DNA from: Dickeya solani IPO 2222
GTDB lineage: Bacteria > Pseudomonadota > Gammaproteobacteria > Enterobacterales > Enterobacteriaceae
DNA length: 32,000 nt
Direction: 5' to 3'
Assembly (NCBI RefSeq): GCF_001644705.1
Contig: NZ_CP015137.1
Coordinates: 180,001-212,000, forward strand
The stretch's first letter is position 1, and every line of letters begins with the position of its first letter. This document shows positions 9,602 through 18,954 of this stretch, in pieces. A program made the translations under genes and the position numbers. The notes beneath the pieces were generated by a model. The model searched no databases. It had not been told where the DNA came from and worked only from the letters and a program-made list of their open reading frames with translations.

Positions 9602-10711
9602 ATGATGAAGCGCAATATTCTGGCAGTGGTTATCCCGGCACTGTTGGCTGCCGGTGCAGCTAACGCGGCTGAAGTGTATAACAAAGATGGCAACAAACTT
9701 GATCTGACCGGTAAAGTTCATGCTGGTTATTATTTTGGTGATTCAACCAAGAGTTTTGAAGGAAGAGGCGATCAGACCTACGTTCGTATGGGTTTCAAAG
9801 GTGAAACTCAGATCACCAAAGATCTGACCGGCTACGGCCGTTTCGAATATCATTTTGATGCCAGCAACCCAGAAGACTCCAACAGCCTGCCGGTTGGCAC
9901 CAACGGTAATGGTAGCAAAACTCGTTATGCCTATGCCGGTCTGAAGTTTGCCAACTTCGGCTCAATTGATTACGGTCGTAACAAAGGCATCGCCTACGAC
10001 GGTATCTCTTATACTGACGTTCTGCCGGAGTGGGGTGGTGACCAGAGCTACACCGATAGCATCACCGGTCGTTCTTCTGGTGTTGCTACCTACCGCAACA
10101 AAAACTTCTTCGGTCTGGTCAATGGCTGGGATTTCGGCGTGCAGTATCAGGCCAAACATGAAGACTCATCTCAGTTAAGAAAACAGACTGGCGACGGTTG
10201 GGGTATTTCTTCTTCTTACACTTCTCCGATTGGCGTTGGTGTCATTGCTTCTTATGAAGCCGCAGATCGTACTGATTCACAAATCGCTGATAACCGAGGC
10301 AAGAAAGCTGAAGCTTGGGCTGCTGGCCTGAAATATGATGCCAACAACATCTATCTGGCTACAACTTATGGTGAGTACCATAACCTGAGCTACCTGGGAC
10401 GCACCTCTGCCTTTGCTTTGGACAAGACCAAAGTATTCGAAGCCGTGGCCCAATACCACTTTGACTTCGGCTTGACCCCGTCTCTGGCATATGTTTCTGC
10501 CAAAGCAGACAATGATACGACTGGCAATGGTTTTGCTGCTGGCACCAGCGGTTACATCACCAAATATGTCAGCATCGGCGGCACTTACAACTTCAACAAA
10601 AACCTGGCAGCTAACGTGGAATATCTGGTCAACCTGATTGACTCAGACAATAACCCGTACAACAGAAGAACCGGCAACAGCGTCTTCACCGGTCTGACTT
10701 ACCAGTTCTAA
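9602..10711 (+). CDS. OmpF/OmpC-family general porin, copy 2
   Basis: The track ORF (9494) is trimmed to MMKRNILAVVIPALLAAGAANA|[13 protein letters not shown] at 9602, with a GAGGG RBS. L3 motif PEWGGD; C-terminus ...GLTYQF. 369 aa. Confidence 0.93.
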   Translation: MMKRNILAVVIPALLAAGAANAAEVYNKDGNKLDLTGKVHAGYYFGDSTKSFEGRGDQTYVRMGFKGETQITKDLTGYGRFEYHFDASNPEDSNSLPVGTNGNGSKTRYAYAGLKFANFGSIDYGRNKGIAYDGISYTDVLPEWGGDQSYTDSITGRSSGVATYRNKNFFGLVNGWDFGVQYQAKHEDSSQLRKQTGDGWGISSSYTSPIGVGVIASYEAADRTDSQIADNRGKKAEAWAAGLKYDANNIYLATTYGEYHNLSYLGRTSAFALDKTKVFEAVAQYHFDFGLTPSLAYVSAKADNDTTGNGFAAGTSGYITKYVSIGGTYNFNKNLAANVEYLVNLIDSDNNPYNRRTGNSVFTGLTYQF

Positions 10712-10741
10712 CTGTACTTCATTGATGTAATACCTGTGTCA

Positions 10742-10767
10742 AGCCGGGGGCCCTCTCCCGGCTTTTT
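10742..10767 (+). terminator. rho-independent terminator of porin copy 2
   Basis: AGCCGGG-GGCCCTCT-CCCGGCT followed by TTTT. Confidence 0.8.
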
Positions 10768-10835
10768 CACGTTAATAGGCCACGTTTGCTAATCGTGTAA
10801 TTGCATGAGCCATTGGCGACATTGGGAAGTAGCCC

Positions 10836-11075
10836 AAAACTCAATTCACCCAACCTGGGTTTTACACGGCTCACGCTGGTACGGGGAAAAGCAGGTTGAC
10901 GCTGTTTGACTTCGCTTATCCGGGTCTTACCTTTGGTCTGGCGGTAATCTCCCCGAAAAAACGGTTTGTACAACAGGTGTGTGGATACCCGATTTGCCCC
11001 CTTTTATCAGATATTTTCTCCGGTTGCGATGGCGTGAGTTCGCACCAGTTACTTGACTTTAGGGATAGGTCCTAA
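10836..11075 (+). pseudogene. heavily deleted, frameshifted relic of an aspC-type aminotransferase gene
   Basis: Nucleotide patches are colinear with the intact aspC 2.4 kb downstream. CGCTGTTTGACTTCGC at 10900-10915 is identical to aspC 13284-13299, within a longer match (GGAAAAGCAGGTTGACGCTGTTTGACTTCGCTTATCCGGGTCTTACCTTTGGTCTGG versus GAAAAAGGCTGGCTGCCGCTGTTTGACTTCGCCTATCAGGGCTTTGCCCGCGGTCTGG). AAAAAACGGTTTGTACAACAGGTGTGTGG (about 10955-10983) matches aspC AAAAACTTTGGCTTGTACAACGAGCGTGTCGG (about 13396-13427). The two patches are 66 nt apart here and 125 nt apart in aspC, a deletion that is not a multiple of 3. The boundaries are approximate. Confidence 0.6.
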
Positions 11076-11387
11076 AGCCAGCGCTGGCGCCAGTATTTAA
11101 AATCACATTTAAAATTAATAAAAATAAAACAAAGAAAGCCGACTTCAACTCATTGTTTATCATTAAAAAATCAAGAAACAAAACTGAAATATAATATTTG
11201 GATTCGAATAAAAACATAATATTTCACCAACGACGTTCTCGTATCATTTCCAATCTGACCCAAGCTTACCCCCGATGTGAGACTGCTGATGGGCACAACA
11301 AAGCATCGGCAATGTTTCGGCTGATTATCTATTGCCGCCAGAAAGAAGTGTCTCAATGGTCAATAACACATAACGAGGGTAATGCTA

Positions 11388-12470
11388 ATGATGAAGCACT
11401 TGATAAATACGCTAGCCACATCAGTATTGTTATTTTCAACAAGTCTGGTCAGTGCAGCCGAGGTTTATAATAAAGATGGTAATAAACTTGATCTGTATGG
11501 AAAAGTACGATCAGCTTATTACTTTGGCGATAAAACCAATAGTTTCAAAGGGAATGGTGATTCAACGTATGCACGTCTGGGGGTAAAAGGTGAATCACAG
11601 CTCAGCCAGGGTATTACAGGTTACGGCAATTACGAATATCACTTTGATGCCAGCCGGGCGGAAGACACCAACGCGGTTAACGGGAAAACCCGCTATGCGT
11701 ATGCCGGTTTGAAGCTTCTTCAATATGGCAGTATTGATTACGGAAGAAATAAAGGCATTGCCTACGACGGCTTATCCTATACTGATGTGTTGCCTGAATT
11801 TGGCGGCGATCAAGGCTACACCGACAACATTACCGGCCGCACCTCTGGTGTGGCCACGTATCGCAACAAAAATTTCTTCGGCATAGTCGATGGATGGGAT
11901 ATTGGGCTGCAATATCAATCCAGGCACAATGACTCCAGCAATGCCGCGCTTCAGGCCGGTAATGGCTGGGGAATATCTTCCGCCTATACGACACCTGTCG
12001 GTATAGGCGTTATCACATCTTATGAAACCGTCAACCGAACGACTGCGCAGCGAGCAACAAGTGAAGGCGACAAAGCAGACGCCTGGGCAGCCGGAATAAA
12101 ATATGATGCCAATAGTACCTATTTGGCTATTATGTATGGCATATTCCATAACCTGACGCCAATAGGCACCTCAATCACCGCCTTTGCTGATAAAACCAAA
12201 ATATTTGAGGCTGTAGCGCAATACCACTTTGACTTTGGATTCACACCGTCTTTGGCATACGTATCTGCCAGAGCGGACGATGATACCGGTATCGGACAGG
12301 GCTCCAGCGGCTATGTCACCCGATACGCCAGTTTAGGGGGCAATTACACGTTCAATAAGAACATCGTCATGAATGTCGCCTACCTGCGCAACCTGATAAG
12401 CAGCGCCAATAACCCATTTGCCCGAAAGACCGATGATACGGTGTTCACCGGTCTGGTCTATCAATTCTGA
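11388..12470 (+). CDS. OmpF/OmpC-family general porin, copy 3 (most divergent)
   Basis: ATGs at 11382, 11388 and 11391. I chose 11388 for its 8-nt spacing from GAGGG. The signal peptide [23 protein letters not shown]|[13 protein letters not shown] is unrelated to those of copies 1 and 2, but the mature N-terminus is identical. Canonical L3 motif PEFGGD; C-terminus ...GLVYQF. Confidence 0.9.
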   Translation: MMKHLINTLATSVLLFSTSLVSAAEVYNKDGNKLDLYGKVRSAYYFGDKTNSFKGNGDSTYARLGVKGESQLSQGITGYGNYEYHFDASRAEDTNAVNGKTRYAYAGLKLLQYGSIDYGRNKGIAYDGLSYTDVLPEFGGDQGYTDNITGRTSGVATYRNKNFFGIVDGWDIGLQYQSRHNDSSNAALQAGNGWGISSAYTTPVGIGVITSYETVNRTTAQRATSEGDKADAWAAGIKYDANSTYLAIMYGIFHNLTPIGTSITAFADKTKIFEAVAQYHFDFGFTPSLAYVSARADDDTGIGQGSSGYVTRYASLGGNYTFNKNIVMNVAYLRNLISSANNPFARKTDDTVFTGLVYQF

Positions 12471-12495
12471 CCCTTGATCGCCGTCACAATATCTA

Positions 12496-12527
12496 CGATA
12501 GAGTCGGCAGCTGTGCTGACTCTATCG
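12496..12527 (+). other. 10-bp-stem hairpin downstream of porin copy 3 (no U-tract)
   Basis: CGATAGAGTC (12496-12505) pairs with GACTCTATCG (12518-12527) around a 12-nt loop. It is followed by GGCTGTCAGG, so it is not a canonical intrinsic terminator. Confidence 0.35.
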
Positions 12528-12661
12528 GGCTGTCAGGAAAATATATCGACCTCCGCACCACCTTCATTATTTCCGTTTCTTTTGATGCAAACGGTTGGCA
12601 AAGCCGGACGCTGGCGTTAACCTGCTATTTCTGTTTACTCTCTGTCATGGATTACTTCGCA

Positions 12662-13852
12662 ATGTTTGAAAAAATCTCTGCCGCACCTGCCGACCCGATT
12701 CTGGGGCTGGCCGACCTGTTTCGCGCTGACGAGCGTCCCCATAAAATCAATCTGGGGATTGGGGTCTATAAGGATGAAACAGGTAAGACACCGGTACTCA
12801 CCAGCGTGAAAAAAGCGGAACAGCTGTTGCTGGAAACAGAAACCACCAAAAACTACCTGGGTATTGATGGCATACCGGAATTTGCCCGTTGCACTCAGGA
12901 ACTGTTATTCAGTAAGCAGAGCGAGATCATTGCGAACAAACGTGCACGCACCGCACAGACGCCGGGCGGCACCGGCGGTCTGCGTGTTGCCGCAGACTTC
13001 ATCGCCAACCAAACCAGCGCCAAGCGTATCTGGGTCAGTAACCCGAGCTGGCCGAACCACAAAAATGTGTTCTCTGCTGCCGGCCTCGACGTCTGCGATT
13101 ACACCTACTATGATGCTGTCAACCACGCGCTGGATTTTGACGGCATGCTGACCAGCCTCAGCGCGGCTCAGGCCGGCGATGTTGTGCTGTTCCACGGCTG
13201 TTGCCATAACCCTACAGGCATCGACCCAACGGAAGCGCAGTGGGCGCAGTTGGCCGATCTGGCGCTGGAAAAAGGCTGGCTGCCGCTGTTTGACTTCGCC
13301 TATCAGGGCTTTGCCCGCGGTCTGGATGAAGACGCCGCAGGGTTGCGCATTTTTGCCGCCAAACACAAAGAATTAGTCGTCGCCAGCTCTTACTCCAAAA
13401 ACTTTGGCTTGTACAACGAGCGTGTCGGCGCCTGCACGATCGTGGCAGCAGATGCCGCCACTGTCGACACCACATTCAGCCAGGTCAAAGCGACTATCCG
13501 CGCCAACTACTCCAACCCACCGTCACACGGTGCGGCTGTGGTGGCTACGGTGCTGTCCAACGAGTCGCTGCGTAATATCTGGGAACAGGAACTGACGGCA
13601 ATGCGTGAACGTATTCAGCGCATGCGTCACCTGTTCGTCAGTACGCTGCAGGAAAAAGGCGCCAATCAGGATTTCTCCTTTATCATCAACCAGAATGGCA
13701 TGTTCTCTTTCAGCGGGTTGAGCAAGGATCAGGTGCTGCGTCTGCGCAACGAATTTGGTATTTACGCGGTGAACTCCGGCCGAATCAACGTGGCAGGCAT
13801 GACGCCGGAAAACATGGCGCCACTGTGCGAAGCCATCGTTGCGGTGCTGTAA
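12662..13852 (+). CDS. aspC: aspartate aminotransferase
   Basis: The track ORF (12647) is trimmed to [26 protein letters not shown]... at 12662. This gives 396 aa, as in E. coli AspC. The PLP-lysine context [15 protein letters not shown] and the C-terminus [12 protein letters not shown] are present. Confidence 0.96.
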   Translation: MFEKISAAPADPILGLADLFRADERPHKINLGIGVYKDETGKTPVLTSVKKAEQLLLETETTKNYLGIDGIPEFARCTQELLFSKQSEIIANKRARTAQTPGGTGGLRVAADFIANQTSAKRIWVSNPSWPNHKNVFSAAGLDVCDYTYYDAVNHALDFDGMLTSLSAAQAGDVVLFHGCCHNPTGIDPTEAQWAQLADLALEKGWLPLFDFAYQGFARGLDEDAAGLRIFAAKHKELVVASSYSKNFGLYNERVGACTIVAADAATVDTTFSQVKATIRANYSNPPSHGAAVVATVLSNESLRNIWEQELTAMRERIQRMRHLFVSTLQEKGANQDFSFIINQNGMFSFSGLSKDQVLRLRNEFGIYAVNSGRINVAGMTPENMAPLCEAIVAVL

Positions 13853-13890
13853 TTTATACTTTCCGCCCTTTTTAAAGGGCGCATGCGGAC

Positions 13891-13925
13891 AAAAAGGCCA
13901 GCAAATATGCTGGCCTTTTTATTGC
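13891..13925. terminator. bidirectional terminator between convergent aspC and gloC
   Basis: AAAAA-GGCCAGCA-AATA-TGCTGGCC-TTTTTATT, with A-run and T-run flanks that serve both strands. A second hairpin, CGCCCTTT..AAAGGGCG, lies at 13864-13881. Confidence 0.85.
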
Positions 13926-13944
13926 GCAGGTCAAAACGGAAAAA

Positions 13945-14583
13945 TCAGTTGGTATCGCGCACAAACGGGTTCGTTCTACGCTCTTCGCCAAACGTGGACG
14001 TTGGCCCGTGGCCCGGAATGAAGACGATATCATCGCCCAGCGGGAACAACTTGTTGCGGATGGAATCCACCAGCGCCTGATGGTTGCCCTGCGGGAAATC
14101 ACTACGCCCTACTCCGCCACGAAAAATCACATCGCCAACCTGTGCGAAACGCGCCAGCTCATCAATGAACACCACATGACCCGGCGTATGGCCCGGACAG
14201 TGCAGAACAGATAATACCGACTCGCCAATGGCGACAGTATCGCCTTCCTCCAGCCAACGGGTCGGTACCAGCGACGGACAATCATCCAAACCGAACATCC
14301 GGCTCTGGGCGGGTAACCCATCAAGCCAGAAGGCGTCCGCATATTGCGGGCCGACGATAGGCACCTGAAAATATTCAGCCAGCGCAGCGGCGGCGCCCAC
14401 ATGGTCCAGGTGACCATGCGTCAGCAGAATCTGCGTTACCGTCACACCGGTCTGCGCCACAACCTGCTTGATTTTATCTGCCTCACCGCCGGGATCAACA
14501 ATGGCGGCCTGCAACGTTTTTTCACACCATAACAGCGTGCAATTCTGGCTAAAAGCTGTGACAGGAATAATCTGGTACTTCAT
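13945..14583 (-). CDS. gloC: metallo-beta-lactamase-fold hydrolase (glyoxalase II-like YcbL/GloC)
   Basis: 212 aa. Contains the THGHLDH (HxHxDH) motif and is colinear with E. coli YcbL ([17 protein letters not shown]...). Same position next to aspC as in E. coli. Confidence 0.9.
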   Translation of the reverse strand: MKYQIIPVTAFSQNCTLLWCEKTLQAAIVDPGGEADKIKQVVAQTGVTVTQILLTHGHLDHVGAAAALAEYFQVPIVGPQYADAFWLDGLPAQSRMFGLDDCPSLVPTRWLEEGDTVAIGESVLSVLHCPGHTPGHVVFIDELARFAQVGDVIFRGGVGRSDFPQGNHQALVDSIRNKLFPLGDDIVFIPGHGPTSTFGEERRTNPFVRDTN

Positions 14584-14649
14584 ACCGCTCCGTTTTACTT
14601 CAATCCTTGTTCAAGGGAAATGCCGACTTCGCCCACTCAGTGATTCGCG

Positions 14650-15198
14650 TTACCAGGTGCGAATTGCGCCGGTATCAATGTGCACAAAATTGCTTTGCGG
14701 ATAATAGCCAACGCCGCCGGCACGCATTTTCATAGCCGCTTTTCGGATATTCGCCAGTTGGACGCCTTCGATATGGAAATCCATGGCTTTTCCCTGGGTG
14801 TGATAGCTCTGTTTTGCCACGCCCTTACTGTGCGACCGCAAATCTTCATTGGTGCTGTAAGAACGATAACCCGAGATCAGCTGTACCGGCTTGGTAGAAC
14901 CCACCATCACTTGCAGGCGGTATAGCTGATCAAACAGCGCCGGGTCGATGGTTTTGACCTTGTTCGCCCGATAATCGCGGAAAAAATGGTTCAACCGGGA
15001 TAACTCGTCCTTGTTATAACGACGACCATCGAAGAATTCGACTTTGATGCGCTCACCGGTATTGATATTGTTCAGCACAAGAATGCGCGGACGAGCAGTG
15101 GATAACGAAGCCAGCGATTGACCCGGTAGCAGCGCTATCCCTAACGCCGCGCCGCCGAGCGCCAGCCATTTGCGTCGATGATTATCAATGTGTTCCAT
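14650..15198 (-). CDS. mepK: peptidoglycan L,D-endopeptidase (YcbK/MepK), Tat-signal protein
   Basis: The track ORF (start 15267) is trimmed to MEHIDNHRRKWLALGGAALG... at 15198 (twin-arginine motif). This gives 182 aa and is colinear with E. coli YcbK, ending ...GGVGYYPQSNFVHIDTG. Confidence 0.88.
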   Translation of the reverse strand: MEHIDNHRRKWLALGGAALGIALLPGQSLASLSTARPRILVLNNINTGERIKVEFFDGRRYNKDELSRLNHFFRDYRANKVKTIDPALFDQLYRLQVMVGSTKPVQLISGYRSYSTNEDLRSHSKGVAKQSYHTQGKAMDFHIEGVQLANIRKAAMKMRAGGVGYYPQSNFVHIDTGAIRTW

Positions 15199-15396
15199 AA
15201 AGCTTGAATACCCTGGGCTAAAAAAAGCGAAGAGAAGAACAACAGGTGAAGCGGTACGTAAATGCACCGCTTTGCACCTTAACTGCCCTCGGCAGGCCCG
15301 TCAACCGGCTTTACGCCAACTCTGGCGCGGGGTCCCACCTCTTTCGCCGGGCAACGCCCGTCGACGCAACACGGGAATTGCCAGCATTACGGATAC

Positions 15397-17085
15397 TTAC
15401 TGTAATAATAATCCGACCTTGGACAAAGCCAGCGCGCCGGTTTTCACCGTATCGTCATAATTGTAAATATCTGTGCGGAACTGCGGCTTGCCATCGTCAG
15501 CCACCCAGGCAGTAAGATAGTAGAAATTCACCGGCACCCTTTGGCGCACCGCTACATAGGTGGTGTTGCCCTGTTCAAGCGTTGACGAAATACGGGCATT
15601 GTTCCAGCCGGCGTCCTGCAACAGCAACGCCGCCAATTCCGACGCTTTGTTGACACGCACACATCCCGAACTCAGCGCCCGGATATCTTTCTGAAACAAA
15701 TTGTGGTTAGGCGTGTCATGCAGGTAGATGGCGTCCGTATTCGGCATATTGAACTTGTACCGCCCCAGCGAATTGCTATCCCCCGGCGCCTGACGCAGGC
15801 GGTACGGGAAGTTGCTGGCCGAGACCATCGGCCAATCAATCATCGAAGGATCAATAGGCTGGGCGCTTTCGGTCCAGTCCGACAATACGGTGTAACCATG
15901 ACGCTGCAGATAGCCCGGGTCCTGAATCACCTTAGGTATGATGTCCTGGCGGGTAAGCGTGGTGGGCACATTCCACGGCGGATTCATTACTACATTGCTC
16001 AGCGAGCTGTTCATCAGCGGCGTCTTGCGTTTAGGCTGGCCGACAATCACCCTGGACGACAAAATCTCCGCGCCATTCTGGTAGTAACTGAGCGAGTAGT
16101 TGGGAATATTGACCACGATGCCGCTGCTGACTTTGTCCGGTACCAGCCGCAGACGCTGGATATTCAACGCCAGCAACGTAGCGCGCATCTGCGAAGAAAC
16201 ATTGAGCCAGTCACGGGTGCGTTTACCGATCACGCCGTCATCCTGTAGCCCTTGCGAGTGCTGGAAGCGTTTCACCGCCTCCACAACCTCCCCGTCATAA
16301 CGCAGCGGCGATGTATTACCTGACGACGCCTCATTAAACAGCGGCATCGCGGCACCATCCTGATTCAGCATGCCGGTTCGCAGCAGAATCTCTTTTAAGA
16401 CCGGCAAAGCGTTGCTTTCATCGCCGGGGCGCAGAGAATCCGCCAGTATCAGTTTCGGCCAGGGACGGTTGTCCGTCAGCATGTTTTTCAACGCGTCGTG
16501 CATTTTTGCATACTGGGAATGGCGAGGCGCCAGCGACGCAATAAACGCCAGCCCGTTACCTGTTGCAACCGCCTGCTGCCACTGTTCAGTCATCGCCGCC
16601 GCTGGCATGGCCAGCTTATAGGGGACACTGCTGTACAACCAGCTGTTGCCATTTCTCTCCACCCCGGCAACGAACTGCATGTACCCCAGCATGGCATCCG
16701 ACAGCACCACATCACGGGCAAAACCGTTTAATTTTGGGTCGGTCAACCAGGTGACCCAAGTGGTGAATTGCGGTTGAATACCGGAAAGCGCGACTTCCGC
16801 CAGCTGCTGTTGAAACGCCTTGACGACGTGGCTGTCGCTCCACATCGGCTGCATATGCTGGCGAGTATAAAGCGCGGTCAATTCGCTAAGATAATAAGGT
16901 GAAATACCGGCAGGCAAACCAGCGGTAACAGAGGTATGACTTTTTGACACCACCGATGACACTGCACTGCCCGGTGCAGTCGGCGAAGCCGCCTGAGCGG
17001 AAAACGAAGTCAACAGACTACCCAGCCAAATCGATCCGGCTACCCCCAGAAGCAGTCTTCGCGTATTTCGTTCGACTAACAACAT
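15397..17085 (-). CDS. ldtD: L,D-transpeptidase (YcbB/LdtD)
   Basis: 562 aa with a signal peptide. YkuD catalytic region ...IYLHDTPNHNLF...ALSSGCVRV. Colinear with E. coli YcbB but shorter in the middle region. Confidence 0.9.
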   Translation of the reverse strand: MLLVERNTRRLLLGVAGSIWLGSLLTSFSAQAASPTAPGSAVSSVVSKSHTSVTAGLPAGISPYYLSELTALYTRQHMQPMWSDSHVVKAFQQQLAEVALSGIQPQFTTWVTWLTDPKLNGFARDVVLSDAMLGYMQFVAGVERNGNSWLYSSVPYKLAMPAAAMTEQWQQAVATGNGLAFIASLAPRHSQYAKMHDALKNMLTDNRPWPKLILADSLRPGDESNALPVLKEILLRTGMLNQDGAAMPLFNEASSGNTSPLRYDGEVVEAVKRFQHSQGLQDDGVIGKRTRDWLNVSSQMRATLLALNIQRLRLVPDKVSSGIVVNIPNYSLSYYQNGAEILSSRVIVGQPKRKTPLMNSSLSNVVMNPPWNVPTTLTRQDIIPKVIQDPGYLQRHGYTVLSDWTESAQPIDPSMIDWPMVSASNFPYRLRQAPGDSNSLGRYKFNMPNTDAIYLHDTPNHNLFQKDIRALSSGCVRVNKASELAALLLQDAGWNNARISSTLEQGNTTYVAVRQRVPVNFYYLTAWVADDGKPQFRTDIYNYDDTVKTGALALSKVGLLLQ

Positions 17086-17393
17086 CCATTTATCCCCTGT
17101 ACATAAAATGACACTGCTTTATCACACTGCGTTTTTCGCAACCGGCCTGTTTCTGTTAGCCAATTATTTTTCGCAACCGATATATCCGTTGCAACAAACC
17201 GCCGTGGCGCATCGGAATAGTTCGCCCTGACGGACAAACCCGCGTCACGAATAATAGCGGGGTATTCCCTAGTTTATACTGATTTTACGGCGCGACATGG
17301 GAAATAATAAGCCAGTTATTCCCCTAATTCTGACCATCATACAGTCAGTTATCTTATCTTTCCCCACCGGCTTCGCCTACCGGGCCGCACATT

Positions 17394-17429
17394 TTAACTG
17401 GATCAGGAAATTTAACTGGAACAGGAAAT
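17394..17429. repeat. 18-bp tandem duplication spanning the selO stop codon
   Basis: TTAACTGGATCAGGAAAT (17394-17411) and TTAACTGGAACAGGAAAT (17412-17429) are adjacent and match at 17 of 18 positions. Confidence 0.95.
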
Positions 17430-18863
17430 CTCCAGATGTTTACCCCACGTCGGAGGCAAGGCGGCCAGATCAGCCATGTTCGGCTGCTCCGCATACGGTT
17501 GACGTAACGCCTGATGCAAACGCCTGAGTAAGCCGATATCCTCCCGCTCCGCCTGTTCGATCGCCTGCTGAGCCAGATAATTACGTAACACATAACGCGG
17601 ATTGGCCTGCTTCATCCGACTCTGGCGATCGGCGTCGTCCACACTTTCCAACGCCAGCCGTTGACGGTACGCACTGAACCAATCGTCAAATGCCGGACGA
17701 TCGATCAACACATCCTGTAATGGTGAGTGGCTGCTGTGCCGTTCTGTTTCCGACAAGAGTCGAAAAATATGGGTATAGTCCGCCTGCTCGCGCTGCATCA
17801 GCTTCAACAATTCCACCAGCAACGCATTATCCTGCGCCTGCGGCGTATCAAAGCCGAGCTTGGCCCGCATCAGCTCGCCAAACCGCTGCATCAGCGCGGG
17901 TTCATAGCAGTCCAGCGCCCGTTGCAGGATATCGCTGGACATCAACCCCGATAGCGACTGCGCCAGGCGGTGCAGATTCCACAATGCCACCGTCGGCTGA
18001 TTATCAAATGCGTAGCGCCCCTGATGATCCGAGTGATTACAGATGTAGCCGGGCTGATAATCATCCATAAAACCGTACGGGCCGTAGTCGATGGTAAGCC
18101 CCAGTATGGACATATTGTCGGTATTCATCACACCGTGGGCAAACCCAACGGCCTGCCAGTGAGCAATCAATCGCGCAGTGCGTTCCACAACATCACTGAA
18201 CCACAGGTAATAGCGATCGGTTTCCTGCTGCCACTGCGGCCAGTGGCATGCGATGACATACTCCGCCAGTTGACGCACCTTTTCCGGTTCGCGGCGGTAG
18301 TAGAAATGTTCGAAGTGACCGAAACGGACATGGCTATCCGCCACCCGCAGTAGCATCGCCCCCCGCTCCTCCTGTTCGCGCTGTACCGGATGGTCGCTGC
18401 TGACGATAGTCAATGCACGCGTGGTGGGAATGCCGAGATGGTGTAACGCTTCCGACGCCAGAAACTCGCGCACGACGGAACGCAATACTGCCCGGCCGTC
18501 CCCCATGCGTGAATAGGGGGTCAAGCCCGCGCCTTTGAGATGCCAGTCTTGTGTACGGCCATCCGCCAGTTGCTGTTGTCCGAGCAGGATACCGCGCCCG
18601 TCGCCCAACTGTCCGGCCCAGGCGCCGAACTGATGACCGCTGTATACCTGAGCCAGCGGCGCCATGCCCGGCAGCAGTCGTTCTCCGGTCCAGATGCGGC
18701 TGTTGTCACCGTCAAACCAGTCGTCCGATAACCCCAGTTCCTGAGCAAGCGTGGCGTTATGATACAGCAAACGCGCCCCCTGCAATGGCGTGGGTGTCAG
18801 CTCGGTGTAAAACCCCGGTAGTTGCTGGTGATAATGGTTATTGAACAGAAGGTGATGCGGCAT
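17412..18863 (-). CDS. selO: protein adenylyltransferase SelO (YdiU)
   Basis: 483 aa, colinear with E. coli YdiU ([24 protein letters not shown]..., [11 protein letters not shown]-terminal ...[11 protein letters not shown]). Confidence 0.95.
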   Translation of the reverse strand: MPHHLLFNNHYHQQLPGFYTELTPTPLQGARLLYHNATLAQELGLSDDWFDGDNSRIWTGERLLPGMAPLAQVYSGHQFGAWAGQLGDGRGILLGQQQLADGRTQDWHLKGAGLTPYSRMGDGRAVLRSVVREFLASEALHHLGIPTTRALTIVSSDHPVQREQEERGAMLLRVADSHVRFGHFEHFYYRREPEKVRQLAEYVIACHWPQWQQETDRYYLWFSDVVERTARLIAHWQAVGFAHGVMNTDNMSILGLTIDYGPYGFMDDYQPGYICNHSDHQGRYAFDNQPTVALWNLHRLAQSLSGLMSSDILQRALDCYEPALMQRFGELMRAKLGFDTPQAQDNALLVELLKLMQREQADYTHIFRLLSETERHSSHSPLQDVLIDRPAFDDWFSAYRQRLALESVDDADRQSRMKQANPRYVLRNYLAQQAIEQAEREDIGLLRRLHQALRQPYAEQPNMADLAALPPTWGKHLEISCSS

Positions 18864-18954
18864 AATTCCCCCTTTTCTCGTCAGTGTAGAACTGCGGCAG
18901 GAGAATTAACACGGAGTAAACGCAGGGATATTAGCCGTATGGAAACGTTAATGG

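Noticed and set aside
10767-10973. The 68-aa - strand ORF between porins 2 and 3, and the 90-aa + ORF at 11198-11470.
   Set aside because: The first is the antisense shadow of the aspC relic and shares KQRQPAF with the shadow ORF over the real aspC. The second runs through the AT-rich porin-3 promoter into the porin start region in another frame, with no RBS.
17394-17411. The TGA in the duplicated selO tail read as a selenocysteine codon.
   Set aside because: The copy lies downstream of the TAA stop, I found no SECIS-like stem-loop next to it, and one point change from TGT explains it. I report it only as a curiosity within the duplication finding.
17297-17527. The 76-aa + strand ORF at the ldtD/selO junction.
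   Set aside because: Its 3' half is antisense to the selO coding region. It has no RBS and is low in complexity.
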